Of a stretch of 64,000 nt of DNA, positions 47,079 through 61,542 are shown in pieces. Source of the DNA: Myxococcota bacterium (GTDB lineage: Bacteria > Myxococcota_A > UBA9160 > PR03); contig JBFIML010000005.1 of the NCBI GenBank assembly GCA_041611735.1, positions 1 through 64,000 on the forward strand, in the 5' to 3' direction. The translations under genes were made by a program, and so were the position numbers. The notes beneath the pieces are model-generated. The model was given only the letters and a program-made list of their open reading frames with translations, was not told where the DNA came from and searched no databases. Each line of letters starts with the position of its first letter. Positions within the stretch are counted from its first letter, which is position 1.

Positions 47079-48076
47079 GCGGCAGCCCTCCGGACGCGGC
47101 CGGGGTCCGCGATCAGGAACAGCAGGATCAGGACCGCCCAGAAGGTGGCCAGCCCCGAGGCCTCGTGGATCGGCGTGTCGAGCAGGCCGCTTCCGAAGCG
47201 ATCCACCAGCAGCAGCAGCAGCAGGACGCGTACCGCGTTGCAAGCCAGGGCGAGGGGGACGGCGGCCACCAGCACGGTGACGCGCCGGGGCACGGAGGGA
47301 GCGTAGAAGCCCAACACGATGGCCACCGCGATGGCGGCGTACAGGGTCGCGAAGCCGCTGCAGGCGTCGGAGATCACGAAGGTGCCCGACGCGAGCTCCA
47401 TGGCGGTGCCGCGGCGGAAGGCGCTGTAGCCGAGCAGGAAGAGCAGGGGCTCCACGGCGGCGGTGGTCAGGCTGCGCAGGTAGAGCTGCGTGGCCACCGC
47501 ATTCGGAATGGGAATCATGAACAGCCCCACCAGGAGCGGCACGGCCAGGGCGCGCGTGCGCCGGGGTCCGAGCCAGAGCAGCGAGAGCCCCGGCAGGCAG
47601 AGCACGAGACCGGCCGCCGCCAGGTACCGGGTGTGGATGGCGCTGTCCAGCACCGTGAGGCCGAGCCCAGCCCCGAGGAAGGCGAAGCCCCAGGCGCTGC
47701 TCTCCTCGGCACCCGCCGCCGGGTCGCGCCGCAAGGCCAGCCAGCCCAGGTAGCCCATCACGAAGGGGACGAAGATGCCGTGGGCGTTGATCCAGATGCT
47801 GGTCGTCCAGGAGCGGTAGAGCCAGGCGACGGTCGGGGCGAAGAGGGCCACGAAGAGCGCCGCCGTGATCCAGACCGCGAGCGACGGCATGGCCACGCGG
47901 GCCGATGGCGCTCCCGCCTGGCTCGGCTGCCCGCGACGCCACAGGAACACGCCCGTCGCCACCACCGCGCCCGCCAGCACCGACGGCCCCCACTCGTTGG
48001 GCGTGAAGGGGCTGACGGCGACCAGCGCGCCGATCAGGAGGGCGAGCCCGAGGTTGTTCCGGGTGGCGCGGGTCAC
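47075..48076 (-). CDS. Exosortase
   Basis: HGIFVP, FMIPIP, DACSG, NAVR, IHE (Cys/Arg/His triad). Confidence 0.93.
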   Translation of the reverse strand: MTRATRNNLGLALLIGALVAVSPFTPNEWGPSVLAGAVVATGVFLWRRGQPSQAGAPSARVAMPSLAVWITAALFVALFAPTVAWLYRSWTTSIWINAHGIFVPFVMGYLGWLALRRDPAAGAEESSAWGFAFLGAGLGLTVLDSAIHTRYLAAAGLVLCLPGLSLLWLGPRRTRALAVPLLVGLFMIPIPNAVATQLYLRSLTTAAVEPLLFLLGYSAFRRGTAMELASGTFVISDACSGFATLYAAIAVAIVLGFYAPSVPRRVTVLVAAVPLALACNAVRVLLLLLLVDRFGSGLLDTPIHEASGLATFWAVLILLFLIADPGRVRRAAA

Positions 48077-48227
48077 GAGGGAGTCTTCTGCTGAACGGGG
48101 GTCGGCTCCCGGGGGCTGCCGGTCGGGGGGCAGAGCGGAGCCCCCGGCCCTAGATGACCCGGGAGGCTAGCGCAGGCCGACCGGCGGACGGGCGAAACCC
48201 GCCGAAATCCCCTCGGGGCCCCTGGGG

Positions 48228-50819
<2,592 letters not shown>

Positions 50820-50880
50820 GGCGGAGCAAGACTAAGCACCTGCCCCGCCCGGGCAAGGCCCCCCAGGGTGCGCAGCCGCG

Positions 50881-52257
50881 TCAGGGCTCCCCGGTGCGGC
50901 CCGCAAAGGCCTCTAGCAGCTCCCGGTCCTCCCCCTCGCGCAGCCGCGCCAGCGCCCGCGCCTCGAGCTGCCGTGCCCGCTCGCGCGAGATCGAGAGCTT
51001 CTGCCCGATCTCCTCCAGGGTGTGCTCACGCTCGCCCTGGAGCCCGAAGCGCCAGCGCAGGATGCGCCGCTCCCGCTCCTCCAGGCGCTCCAGGGAGCGC
51101 GCGGCCACCTGCTCGAGGCGCATGCGGTCGTAGGCCTCGAAGCCGGCGATCGCCTCCGCATCCTCCACGAAGTCCTCGAGCCGCTTGCCCTTGCCCGAGT
51201 CGCTGCCGCGCACCTGCGCTTCGAAGCTCACCGGCTCCGTCACCAGGCTGGCGAGCTCCTCGGCGCGCTCCACCGGAACGTCCATCTCGGCGGCGATCTC
51301 CGCGGCGGTCGGCTCGCGCTCGAGGCGCGTCTCCAGGGCGTCGCGCGTCTGGTAGTACCAGCGCAAGGCGTCGTGATGATGGCTCGGCAGGCGGATCGTG
51401 CGCGAATGGTTCTGGATCGCCCGGATCAGGGCCTGGCGGATCCACCACACCGCGTAGGTCGAGAACTTGAAGCCGCGCCGCCACTCGAACTTCTCCACGG
51501 CGCGCATCAGGCCCGCGTTGCCCTCCTGGATCAGGTCCGAGAAGGAGAGGCCCAGGTTGCGGAACACCTTGGCCATCACGACCACGAGCTTCAGGTTGTG
51601 CCACACGAAGCGGTTCTTGTGCTCCGTGAGCCGGTCGAAGGCCGCGTCCACGCCCGCCACGCGCTCGAGGAAGCGCGGCGCCGCGAGGCCCAGCTCGGCT
51701 TCGAGCTCGACCCGGGAGGCGCGGCTGCGGCGGCCCTCGCCCATGAGCCGCTCGAGCTTCTGGCGCCGGGCCCGCAGACGCCGGCGCAGGTCGTCCAGGA
51801 GCCGGATGGAGAGGTCCGCCTCGGCGAGGCGCTCCGCTGCGCGGCGGTCCAGTCGCTCCAGCGCCGCGTCGTCGCGAGGCACGACCCGGGCCAGCCGCTC
51901 CCGCCGGCGCACCAGCCGCTCCACCGTGGCCAGGCGGGCATCCACCCGGGCCTCCACCTCCGCCGAGCCGCTCCCGAACCCCTCGGACATCCTGCCGGTA
52001 GCCCGGTCCGCGGCCTTCAGGCGTCGCCAGGTGCGCACCAGCTCCCGGGCGGTCCAGGGGATCGAGAGCAGGGCGGTCCGGTACTCGCGGGCGGCCGCCT
52101 CGATCTCCTTGGCGAGCAGGGTCTCCTCCTCGCGCGAGAGCGTGGGGATCGGCGCGATGTCCGCGAAGTAGGCGGCCAGGGGCTCGCGTTCCCGGGGCGC
52201 ACGCTCCCCGATCTCGGGTCGCGCCTTTCCCTGGCTCTCGAAATCCTTCCAGGCCAT
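50881..52257 (-). CDS. RpoD/RpoS-like sigma-70 factor lacking region 1.1
   Basis: [55 protein letters not shown]. Confidence 0.93.
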   Translation of the reverse strand: MAWKDFESQGKARPEIGERAPREREPLAAYFADIAPIPTLSREEETLLAKEIEAAAREYRTALLSIPWTARELVRTWRRLKAADRATGRMSEGFGSGSAEVEARVDARLATVERLVRRRERLARVVPRDDAALERLDRRAAERLAEADLSIRLLDDLRRRLRARRQKLERLMGEGRRSRASRVELEAELGLAAPRFLERVAGVDAAFDRLTEHKNRFVWHNLKLVVVMAKVFRNLGLSFSDLIQEGNAGLMRAVEKFEWRRGFKFSTYAVWWIRQALIRAIQNHSRTIRLPSHHHDALRWYYQTRDALETRLEREPTAAEIAAEMDVPVERAEELASLVTEPVSFEAQVRGSDSGKGKRLEDFVEDAEAIAGFEAYDRMRLEQVAARSLERLEERERRILRWRFGLQGEREHTLEEIGQKLSISRERARQLEARALARLREGEDRELLEAFAGRTGEP

Positions 52258-52469
52258 GTCACTCCGTCCCAGGGCCACCCAGGTGCCCCCACACCACACT
52301 CTCTTCGTCTGACGAAGGGGCCCGCCCGGACCTTCGTTCGGGAGACGCCTCCCGCCGGCGGCGTGCTCCCGGGGGGCTCGGGTCACTGGGGCTCTCGTTG
52401 GATGCCGCACAGGCGGTCCGGTTGCAGGCGGGCTGCCGGGGAGAGATGGCCCCGAGGGGCTTCCGGGGG

Positions 52470-53984
<1,515 letters not shown>

Positions 53985-54062
53985 CTCGTTCCCGATCCCC
54001 CCAGGGTTGCCGCGCCGCTCGGGGCGCCCGGTCGCCGCCTCCCGTGGCTCACGACGAGTGGC

Positions 54063-55469
54063 TCACGACAGCGGGACCTGCACATGGTACCGGGCCGGGC
54101 CCCGTTGAACCACGAGCAGGGCCCGGGAGCGTCCCCGCAGCTCGAGCACCGAGCTGCGCAGGGTCTCCTCGCCGGCCACGGCGCGGCCGTTGATGCCGAG
54201 CAGGCGGTCGCCGGCCCGCAGGCCGATGCGCTCCGCGCCGCTTCCGGGGCGCACCTTGGTGACCTGGAAGCCGCCGTGCGGATGCCCGGCGAGCCCGAGT
54301 CCGAGCAGGCGCTCTCCCAGGCGCAGGACCTCCGCTGGCGGAATCTCCAGGGCGCGCACGCGCAGCGTCCGGCGCGCACCCTCCCGCCACAGCTCGAGCG
54401 CCATCTCCTGGCCCGTGGTCGCTCGCTCCAGGATCTCGTAGAGCTCGCGCGGCGTACGGATGGGATGGCCGTCGAGGCCCACCACCAGGTCGCCTCGACG
54501 CACCCCGGCCCGGGCCGCCGGCGTGTCCGGGGCCACCCCGGCCACCAGGGCTCCGCGCAGCCCGGCGGGCAGCTCGAGCACGTCCTCCAGCGACGCGTCG
54601 AGACTCTGGAGCTCGAGCCCGAGCCAGACCGGCGCCACCTGGCCATGGGCGATGAGCTGCTCCACCACGCGGCGGGCGGTGTCGATCGGGATCGCGAAGC
54701 CGATGCCCTGGCCGTGGGCGTAGATGGCGGTGTTGATGCCGATCAGCCGACCGGTGGCGTCGAGCAGCGGCCCGCCGGAGTTGCCGGGGTTGATGGAGGC
54801 GTCGGTCTGGAGGAAGCCGTGGAAGACGCGGTCGTCGCTCCGGATCGAGCGGTCGAGGGCGGAGATCACGCCCGTCGTGACGGTGCTCGACAGGCCGAAC
54901 GGGTTGCCGATCGCGATCACCGGCTCCCCCACCATGAGGTCCGCGGAGCTTCCCGGTGCCGTCCAGGGCAGGGACTCCTCGCTCTGCACGCGCAGCACGG
55001 CCAGATCGTTGTTCGGGTCGGCGCCGACGAGCTCGGCGTCGTATTTCCGTCCGTCGGCGAGCGCCACCCGGATGCGGCTCGCCCGGGCCACCACGTGCTC
55101 GTTGGTGAGCACGTGGCGGGCGGCGTCGATGATCACGCCGGAGCCCAGGCTCTGGACCCGCCGCGAGACCCGGGGCTCGAAGAAGTCGCGGAAGAAGCGC
55201 TCGAAGAGCGGATCGCCTTCGAAGGGCGAGCGGAACGGCTGGCGCGCGGCCATCACCCGCTCGGTGGTGATGTTGACCACCGAGGGCCCCACCCGGCTCA
55301 CCGCCTCGACGGCCGCCGTGCGGCGCAGGAAGGGATCCGCTCCATGGGCTGCGGGCGGGACAGGGTTGGCGAGCCCACCGAGCAGGATGCCCATGGCGAC
55401 GAGGCCCCGCATGGCCTTGCGAGAGACGGGGATCGATGCGAAGGGATTCACCGTCCGGTCGGTCGCCAT
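54063..55469 (-). CDS. HtrA-family serine protease with PDZ domains (start uncertain)
   Basis: [25 protein letters not shown]. Confidence 0.93.
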   Translation of the reverse strand: MATDRTVNPFASIPVSRKAMRGLVAMGILLGGLANPVPPAAHGADPFLRRTAAVEAVSRVGPSVVNITTERVMAARQPFRSPFEGDPLFERFFRDFFEPRVSRRVQSLGSGVIIDAARHVLTNEHVVARASRIRVALADGRKYDAELVGADPNNDLAVLRVQSEESLPWTAPGSSADLMVGEPVIAIGNPFGLSSTVTTGVISALDRSIRSDDRVFHGFLQTDASINPGNSGGPLLDATGRLIGINTAIYAHGQGIGFAIPIDTARRVVEQLIAHGQVAPVWLGLELQSLDASLEDVLELPAGLRGALVAGVAPDTPAARAGVRRGDLVVGLDGHPIRTPRELYEILERATTGQEMALELWREGARRTLRVRALEIPPAEVLRLGERLLGLGLAGHPHGGFQVTKVRPGSGAERIGLRAGDRLLGINGRAVAGEETLRSSVLELRGRSRALLVVQRGPARYHVQVPLS

Positions 55470-55581
55470 CGGCCCGGCCGGGGCGCATCCCGGCGCGCGG
55501 GCCGGCATGGGCGGTGAAAGGTACGACGCCGTCCGGCGTGCGGCAACGGCTCCGGACGAGGGCCCGCGAGAAGGGGAGCGG

Positions 55582-56748
55582 ATGCTCGATGCGGCGGCGA
55601 CCTGGCTGCGGGAGCGGCTCGGGCGGGAGCCGGAGCTGGCAGTCCGGGCGCCGGGCCGGGTCAACCTGATCGGCGAGCACACGGACTACAACCAGGGGCT
55701 CGTGCTGCCCTGCGCCATCGACCTGGAGCTGGTGGCCGTGGGGGCGCGCCGGGCCGACGGCCGCTTCCGGGTGGCCTCCCGCCAGGTGGGCGAGCCGGCG
55801 GAGTTCGACGCCGCGGCCCCGACCCGGGGCCGCGGCTGGCTGGACTACGTGCAGGGCGTGGTGGCCGCCTTCCGCGCCGCCGGGCTTCCCATCGTGGGTC
55901 TGGACCTGGCGCTGGTGAGCTCGCTGCCGCGCGAGGCCGGCCTCTCGAGCTCGGCGGCCCTCGAGCTGGCGGTGGCCACCGCCCTGGCGGAGGCCGCCGG
56001 CCTGGGTCTGGACGGCGCCGCCCGGGCGCGTCTCGCCCATCGGGCCGAGACGGACTTCGTGGGGGTTCCCTGCGGGCGCATGGACCAGCTGGCCTGCGCC
56101 CTCGGGCGCCGGGACCACGCGCTCCGCATCGACTGCCGCGACGACACGGTGGAGGCGATCCCGTTGCCGGGCCACCGCCTGGGGCTGCTGATCGCCGCTT
56201 CGGGTGTGCGACGCCAGCTGGCCAGTGGCGCCTACGCGCGCCGCCGGACCGAGTGCGCGGAGGGCCTGGCCCGGGCGCGGCAGGCGGGTGCGCTCCCGGG
56301 GGCGGCGCGCGCCTGGCGCGACGCCGGATCCGAGCAGCTCCCGGTCCTCCAGCGGGCTCTCGATCCCGTGCGCTTCCGGCGCGCGCGCCACGTGATCCGC
56401 GAGAACCAACGGGTGGAGGAGACCTGCGCCGCGCTCCGCACCGGCGACCTCCCGCGCGTCGGCGCGCTGCTGCGCGAGGGCATGGCCAGCCTGCGCGACG
56501 ACTTCGAGGTCAGCGTCCCCGAGCTCGACCTGCTCTGCGAGCTCGGCGACGCGACGCCGGGCTGCTTCGGGTCGCGCCTGACCGGCGCCGGCTTCGGCGG
56601 CTGCACCGTGCACCTGGTGGCACCGGCCCGGGCCGAAGCCGTGGCCGATGCGCTGCGCGCCGGCTTCGCGCGCCGCTTCGGGCGCGAGCCGCCGGTCTGG
56701 CCCGTGGTCGCGGCCGACGGCGCGGCGCCCCTTCCGCTGCCGTCCTAG
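55582..56748 (+). CDS. galK: Galactokinase
   Basis: APGRVNLIGEHTDYN, GLSSSA, CGRMDQ, GAGFGG. Confidence 0.95.
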   Translation: MLDAAATWLRERLGREPELAVRAPGRVNLIGEHTDYNQGLVLPCAIDLELVAVGARRADGRFRVASRQVGEPAEFDAAAPTRGRGWLDYVQGVVAAFRAAGLPIVGLDLALVSSLPREAGLSSSAALELAVATALAEAAGLGLDGAARARLAHRAETDFVGVPCGRMDQLACALGRRDHALRIDCRDDTVEAIPLPGHRLGLLIAASGVRRQLASGAYARRRTECAEGLARARQAGALPGAARAWRDAGSEQLPVLQRALDPVRFRRARHVIRENQRVEETCAALRTGDLPRVGALLREGMASLRDDFEVSVPELDLLCELGDATPGCFGSRLTGAGFGGCTVHLVAPARAEAVADALRAGFARRFGREPPVWPVVAADGAAPLPLPS

Positions 56749-58133
56749 GGCGCCGGAGGGGCGGGCGCCGGTCGGGCGTGGGACGCCTCGCCGGCCCCGT
56801 CGCCTTCGGAGGCGGCCGGGGGCGACGGGGAGGCGCCGCGCTTCACCAGCAGGTACTTGGTCTCCTCGCCGCGCTGGGTCTCGATCAGGAAGCGGGCGCG
56901 GTCGGCCGCCCCGTCGATGGCCTTCCGGAAGTCCTCGAGGTCGTCCACGCCCTGGGTCTCGATGCGGCGGATCACGTCGCCGGGCAGCAGCCCCGCCTCC
57001 GCCGCCGGCGAGCCCCCGGCCACGAACGAGACGTAGGCCCCGAGCCGCGTGCCGAGCCGCTGGGTGCGGTAGACGTGCTCGGTGATCTCCTGGACGTGGA
57101 AGCCCACGTCCGTCTCCTGCTCGGCGGGGTCCACTTCGGGCTGCACGGCGAGGCGCACGCGCACCTCCTTGGGCTTTGCGTCGCGCAGCAGGGTGACGCC
57201 CGCTTCCTGGCCCGGCGGCACGCCGGCCACCAGGCGCTGGAAGCTGCCCAGGTCCTCGTCCTTCTCCGCCTCGACGCCCACTGCGTTGAAGTGGGTGATC
57301 ACGTCGCCCGCCCGCAGCCCGGCCTTGGCCGCCGGCGAGTCCGGTGTGACGCTGTTCACGATCACCCCGCTCGCCTTGGGAATGCGGAAGTACTCGGCCA
57401 GGTCGCGGTCCAGGGGTTGCATGGTGATGCCGAGCCAGCCGCGCTCGATGCCGCCCTCCTCGAGCTGGCGCATCACGTCCAGGGCCGTGTCCACCGGGAT
57501 CGTGAAGCCGATGCCGCGGCCCTGGCCGCGGGAATTGATTCCGATCACGCGGCCCTCGAGATCCACCAGCGGCCCGCCGGAGGAGCCGCGGTCGATCATG
57601 GCGTCGGTCTGGATGAAGTCGTTCAGCAGCTCGGGGATCTCGAGGTTGCGTCCCTTGGCGGAGACGATCCCGAACGAGACGGTGCCGTCCAGGCCGTAGG
57701 GGTTGCCCACCGCCAGGACCCACTGCCCCACCTGCACCTCGTCCACGTGCCCGAAGCTCGCTGCCGGGAGCGCGAAGTCCGGCTCGATGCGCAGCAGCGC
57801 GATATCGGTCTGCTTGTCGGTGCCCACCACCCGCGCCGGGTACTTCCGCTTCCGGCCGGGCACCGAGACGCTCACCTTCTCCGCCTTCTCCACCACGTGC
57901 TGGTTGGTGAGGATGCGCCCGTCCGGGCTGGCGATCAGGCCGGAGCCCGTCACCTTGTTGCGGCGGTCGTTCACCTTGACGATCGCCTCCACGTGCACGA
58001 CCGACGGGATCACGCGCTCCGAGATCTCGATGATGCGCTGCTGGAGCGTCTCCAGCTCCCCGGCGCTGGCGGCCGCGCGGGCGGCCCCCGGGAGCGTGAC
58101 GAGGCAGGCCAGCAGGAGGACGAGGCGCCGCAT
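56745..58133 (-). CDS. HtrA-family serine protease with PDZ domains
   Basis: TNQHV, DIAL, QTDAMIDRGSSGGPL. Confidence 0.92.
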   Translation of the reverse strand: MRRLVLLLACLVTLPGAARAAASAGELETLQQRIIEISERVIPSVVHVEAIVKVNDRRNKVTGSGLIASPDGRILTNQHVVEKAEKVSVSVPGRKRKYPARVVGTDKQTDIALLRIEPDFALPAASFGHVDEVQVGQWVLAVGNPYGLDGTVSFGIVSAKGRNLEIPELLNDFIQTDAMIDRGSSGGPLVDLEGRVIGINSRGQGRGIGFTIPVDTALDVMRQLEEGGIERGWLGITMQPLDRDLAEYFRIPKASGVIVNSVTPDSPAAKAGLRAGDVITHFNAVGVEAEKDEDLGSFQRLVAGVPPGQEAGVTLLRDAKPKEVRVRLAVQPEVDPAEQETDVGFHVQEITEHVYRTQRLGTRLGAYVSFVAGGSPAAEAGLLPGDVIRRIETQGVDDLEDFRKAIDGAADRARFLIETQRGEETKYLLVKRGASPSPPAASEGDGAGEASHARPAPAPPAP

Positions 58134-58143
58134 GGGGTCTCCT

Positions 58144-58797
58144 TCAGCCCGCGGCGTCGAGGGCGGCCCGCAGGGCCGCCGCCGCCGCGCCGGGATCGTC
58201 GCTGCCCAGGATCGCTCCGGTCACGGCCACGCCCGCCGCGCCCGCAGCCAGCGCCTGGGCGGCGTTGCTGGCGTCGATGCCGCCCTGGGCGAGCACGGGG
58301 ATGACCGCCCCACACGCCGCCGCCAGCGCGGCCAGGCCGAGCGGGGGGCGGGTGGCCGGCTTCGAGAGCGGGGCGAAGATCGGCGCGAGGTGTGCGTAGC
58401 CGGCGCCGGCGTCCGCCGCCGCCTGGACCTCCTGCGCGTCGTGGGCCGAGACGCCCACCCGCGCCGCCGCCGGCAGCAGCCCCCGCGCCGTCTCCGGCGC
58501 CAGGGCGTCGAAGCCCAGATGGACGCCGTCGGTCTCGGCCGCGAGGGCCACGTCGATGCGGCGATTCATCAAGATGCAGACTTTCCGTCCGCGTGCTTCG
58601 GCGGCCCGGCGCGCCGCCTTGACGACGCGGTCCGTGACGGCGAGCAACGCCCCGCCCGCCAGGTCCCGCTCCCGGATCTGTACCCAGTCCACCCCCGCTG
58701 CCACCGCCGCCGCCACCGCCTCCTCGAGGGGAGTGGGCGTCGCGTGGCGGTCCGTGACGAGGCAGAGCAGGGGGCGCGCGCGTTCAGAAGCTCGCAA
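58144..58797 (-). CDS. thiE: Thiamine-phosphate synthase
   Basis: VQIRER, DGVHLG, VSAH, GGI; in operon with thiG/thiS. Confidence 0.85.
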   Translation of the reverse strand: MRASERARPLLCLVTDRHATPTPLEEAVAAAVAAGVDWVQIRERDLAGGALLAVTDRVVKAARRAAEARGRKVCILMNRRIDVALAAETDGVHLGFDALAPETARGLLPAAARVGVSAHDAQEVQAAADAGAGYAHLAPIFAPLSKPATRPPLGLAALAAACGAVIPVLAQGGIDASNAAQALAAGAAGVAVTGAILGSDDPGAAAAALRAALDAAG

Positions 58798-59557
58798 GTC
58801 CGTCCAACGGGCTCGAGGCCGAGGCGTAGAGCCGGCGCGGGATGCGGCCCGCCTCGTAGGCGAGCCGGCCCGCCTCCACGGCCAGGCGCATGGCGCGGGC
58901 CATCTTGACCGGCTCCTTGGCGCCGGCGATGCCGGTGTTCATGAGCACCGCTGCGCAGCCGAGCTCCATGGCCTCCGAGGCGTCGCTCGCCGTGCCGACG
59001 CCCGCGTCCACGATCACCGGCACCTCCACGGTCTCCAGGATGATGCGCAGGTTGGCCGGATTGCGGATGCCGAGTCCGGAGCCGATGGGCGCTGCCAGGG
59101 GCATCACCGCCGCGCAGCCTAGCTCCGCGAGCCGCTGGCAGGCGACCGGGTCGTCGTTCACGTAGGGCAGCACCGTGAAGCCCTCGTCCACCAGCTGGCG
59201 CGCCGCCTGCAGGGTCGCGGGTACGTCGGGGAACAGGGTGCGGTCGTCCCCGATCACCTCGAGCTTGACGAGGCCGTGGCCGAAGAGCTCGCGCCCCAGG
59301 CGGGCGGTGCCGACCGCGTCCTCCACGGTCTTGCAACCGGCGGTGTTGGGCAGCACGGTCGTCCCTTCCGGCAGGAAGTCGAGCACCCCCTGGCCGCGCG
59401 GCGCCTTCAGGTCCAGGCGGCGCAGGGCCACGGTCACGAGCTGGGCGCCGCTCGCCTCCACGGCCGCGCGCTGCACGTCCAGGGACGGGTACTTTCCCGA
59501 GCCGACGATCAGGCGCGACGTGAAGCTGCGGCTACCGAGGTTGTAGGAGCCGGACAC
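58784..59557 (-). CDS. thiG: Thiazole synthase
   Basis: [30 protein letters not shown]. Confidence 0.97.
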   Translation of the reverse strand: MSGSYNLGSRSFTSRLIVGSGKYPSLDVQRAAVEASGAQLVTVALRRLDLKAPRGQGVLDFLPEGTTVLPNTAGCKTVEDAVGTARLGRELFGHGLVKLEVIGDDRTLFPDVPATLQAARQLVDEGFTVLPYVNDDPVACQRLAELGCAAVMPLAAPIGSGLGIRNPANLRIILETVEVPVIVDAGVGTASDASEAMELGCAAVLMNTGIAGAKEPVKMARAMRLAVEAGRLAYEAGRIPRRLYASASSPLDGLASF

Positions 59558-59560
59558 CGA

Positions 59561-59788
59561 TCAGCCTCCTCCGACGGCTTCCAGGATCTCGACGCGGTCG
59601 CCCGCCGCCAGGCGCCGGGAGCCAAACGCCGAGCGGGGCACGACCTCGCGGTTCACCGCCACGGCGATGCGGGCGCCCGCCACCCCGAGCTGGCGGACCA
59701 GGGCCGCCACGGTGCAGCCCGCGGCGACGCGCCGGGGCTCGCCGTTCACCCGCAGCTCCAGTTCGGGAAGGCCTTCGAGGTTGGACAC
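59561..59788 (-). CDS. thiS: Sulfur carrier protein
   Basis: Ubiquitin-like fold ending in VGGG. Confidence 0.95.
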   Translation of the reverse strand: MSNLEGLPELELRVNGEPRRVAAGCTVAALVRQLGVAGARIAVAVNREVVPRSAFGSRRLAAGDRVEILEAVGGG

Positions 59789-59974
59789 GGTAGGCGTCAG
59801 GCTCGCGCGCGGAACTGCCGAAAGCTACCGGAGGAGCCCGGGAGGGTCAAATCGGGCTCCCGATTTCGGCCAGATTTCCAAGGGGTTGGATGCGGCGGGC
59901 CGGGGCCGGGGAGGGCGGGTGAGCCGGCGAGAAGCGAGGCGGGCCGGGGAGCGGGCGCCGCGGGAGGCTCTCCC

Positions 59975-60757
59975 GTGAGCGTGGCCGCCGCGGTCGGGCG
60001 CGTGGGTGGCATGGCCCTCGACGCGGTGCGGGGCTTCGGCGGGGGCACCCTGCTCCTCGGGCAAACCCTGGGCCGGCTCCTGCGGCCACCCTTCGTGGCG
60101 CCCCGCGGCCTGCTCGAGCAGTGCCTGCGGGTGGGCGTCGAGTCGGTCCCCGTGGTGCTGGTGACGGGCGCCTTCACGGGCATGGTGCTGGCCTTCGAGT
60201 CCGCCATCGCCTTCCGGCGCTTCGGCTCCGAGGACCTGATCGCCACGGTCGTCGCCCTGGCCGTGACCCGCGAGCTCGGCCCCGTGCTCACCGGCGTCAT
60301 GGTGGCCGGGCGGGTCGGGTCCGCCATGGCCGCCGAGCTCGGCAGCATGCGCATCACCGAGCAGATCGATGCGCTCGTGACCCTCGCCACGGACCCCGTG
60401 CGCTTCCTGGTGGTGCCGCGCGTCCTGGCGGCCACCCTGATGCTCCCCTGTCTGGTGCTCTTCGCCGACGCCATCGGCATCGTGGGTGGCTGGCTCGTGG
60501 GCGTGAAGGCGCTCGGCAACAACCCGGTCCTCTACGAGAAGCGCACGCTCCAGTACCTGGAGCTCGCGGACGTGAGCGTGGGTCTGGCCAAGGCGGCCGT
60601 CTTCGGCGCGACCCTCGCCCTGGTGGGCTGCTATCTGGGCTACACCGTGCGCGGCGGCGCGCGGGAGGTGGGCGTCGCGGTCACCCGCTCGGTGGTGGTC
60701 TCGCTGATCCTGATCCTGGTGTTCGACTACCTGCTCACCGCCTGGTTCTTCGGATGA
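59975..60757 (+). CDS. mlaE: MlaE-family ABC permease
   Basis: RELGPVLT, AGRVGS, AELGSM.ITEQIDA. Confidence 0.93.
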   Translation: MSVAAAVGRVGGMALDAVRGFGGGTLLLGQTLGRLLRPPFVAPRGLLEQCLRVGVESVPVVLVTGAFTGMVLAFESAIAFRRFGSEDLIATVVALAVTRELGPVLTGVMVAGRVGSAMAAELGSMRITEQIDALVTLATDPVRFLVVPRVLAATLMLPCLVLFADAIGIVGGWLVGVKALGNNPVLYEKRTLQYLELADVSVGLAKAAVFGATLALVGCYLGYTVRGGAREVGVAVTRSVVVSLILILVFDYLLTAWFFG

Positions 60758-61533
60758 GCGCGCCGGCCGCGGCGCCCGCGGCCTCGGAGGCGGCGAGCTT
60801 CCTCCAGGTCCGCAAGGCGTACGGGGAGCGCCAGGTGCTCGACGGGCTGAGCCTCGTCGTCCCCGCCCAGCGCATCCTGGTGGTGATGGGGAGCAGCGGC
60901 GTGGGCAAGTCGACCCTGTTGCGGCTGCTGCTCGGGCTCGAGCCCTACGACGCGGGCTCCCTGCGCCTGCTCGGCCACGAGGTGGCCCGCCTCGGCCCCG
61001 AGGCCCACGCCCGTCTCATGCTGCGCGTCGGCATGCTGTTCCAGTTCGGCGCGTTGTTCGACTCGATGACGGTGGGCGAGAACGTGGGCTTCGCGCTCTC
61101 CCACGTGCGTCGCCTGCCTCGGTCCGAGACGCGTCGCATCGTGCGGGAGACGCTGCTGCTGGTCGGCCTCAAGAACGTGGAGCAGCTGCGTCCCTCCGAG
61201 ATCTCGGGCGGCATGCGCAAGCGGGTGGCCCTGGCACGGGCCATTGCCCACCGGCCCGAGGTGCTGCTGGTGGACGAGCCCACCAGCGGGCTCGACCCGG
61301 TGACGGCCGACGCCATCGGGCAGCTGATCGTCCAGCTGCGCAACCGCCTCGGCGTCAGCGTGCTGGCCATCAGCCACGACGTTCAGCTCGCCTTCCGGAT
61401 CGCCGATCGGATCTCGATGCTGCACCGCGGCCGGATCGTGGCGGAGGGGGCACCGGAGGAGATGAGGAGCTCGCCCAACGAGGTGGTGCGGCAGTTCCTG
61501 GCCGGACGGGCCCACGGCCCGATCCCGGTCTGA
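60754..61533 (+). CDS. mlaF: MlaF-family ABC ATPase
   Basis: GSSGVGKS, ALFDSMTV, SGGMRKR, DEPTSGLDP. Confidence 0.93.
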   Translation: MSAPAAAPAASEAASFLQVRKAYGERQVLDGLSLVVPAQRILVVMGSSGVGKSTLLRLLLGLEPYDAGSLRLLGHEVARLGPEAHARLMLRVGMLFQFGALFDSMTVGENVGFALSHVRRLPRSETRRIVRETLLLVGLKNVEQLRPSEISGGMRKRVALARAIAHRPEVLLVDEPTSGLDPVTADAIGQLIVQLRNRLGVSVLAISHDVQLAFRIADRISMLHRGRIVAEGAPEEMRSSPNEVVRQFLAGRAHGPIPV

Positions 61534-61542
61534 GGAGGCGGC

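Noticed and set aside
48095-48155. GC-rich REP-like palindrome after clpB (similar tract at 231-290)
   Set aside because: Low complexity and no clear multi-copy family inside the window; likely an ordinary terminator or REP
50830-50860. CIRCE (HrcA) element upstream of clpB
   Set aside because: Only a partial TAAGCAC half-site; no matching inverted half
59788-59975. TPP riboswitch upstream of thiS
   Set aside because: No CTGAGA / ACCTG conserved core visible in the short divergent intergenic region
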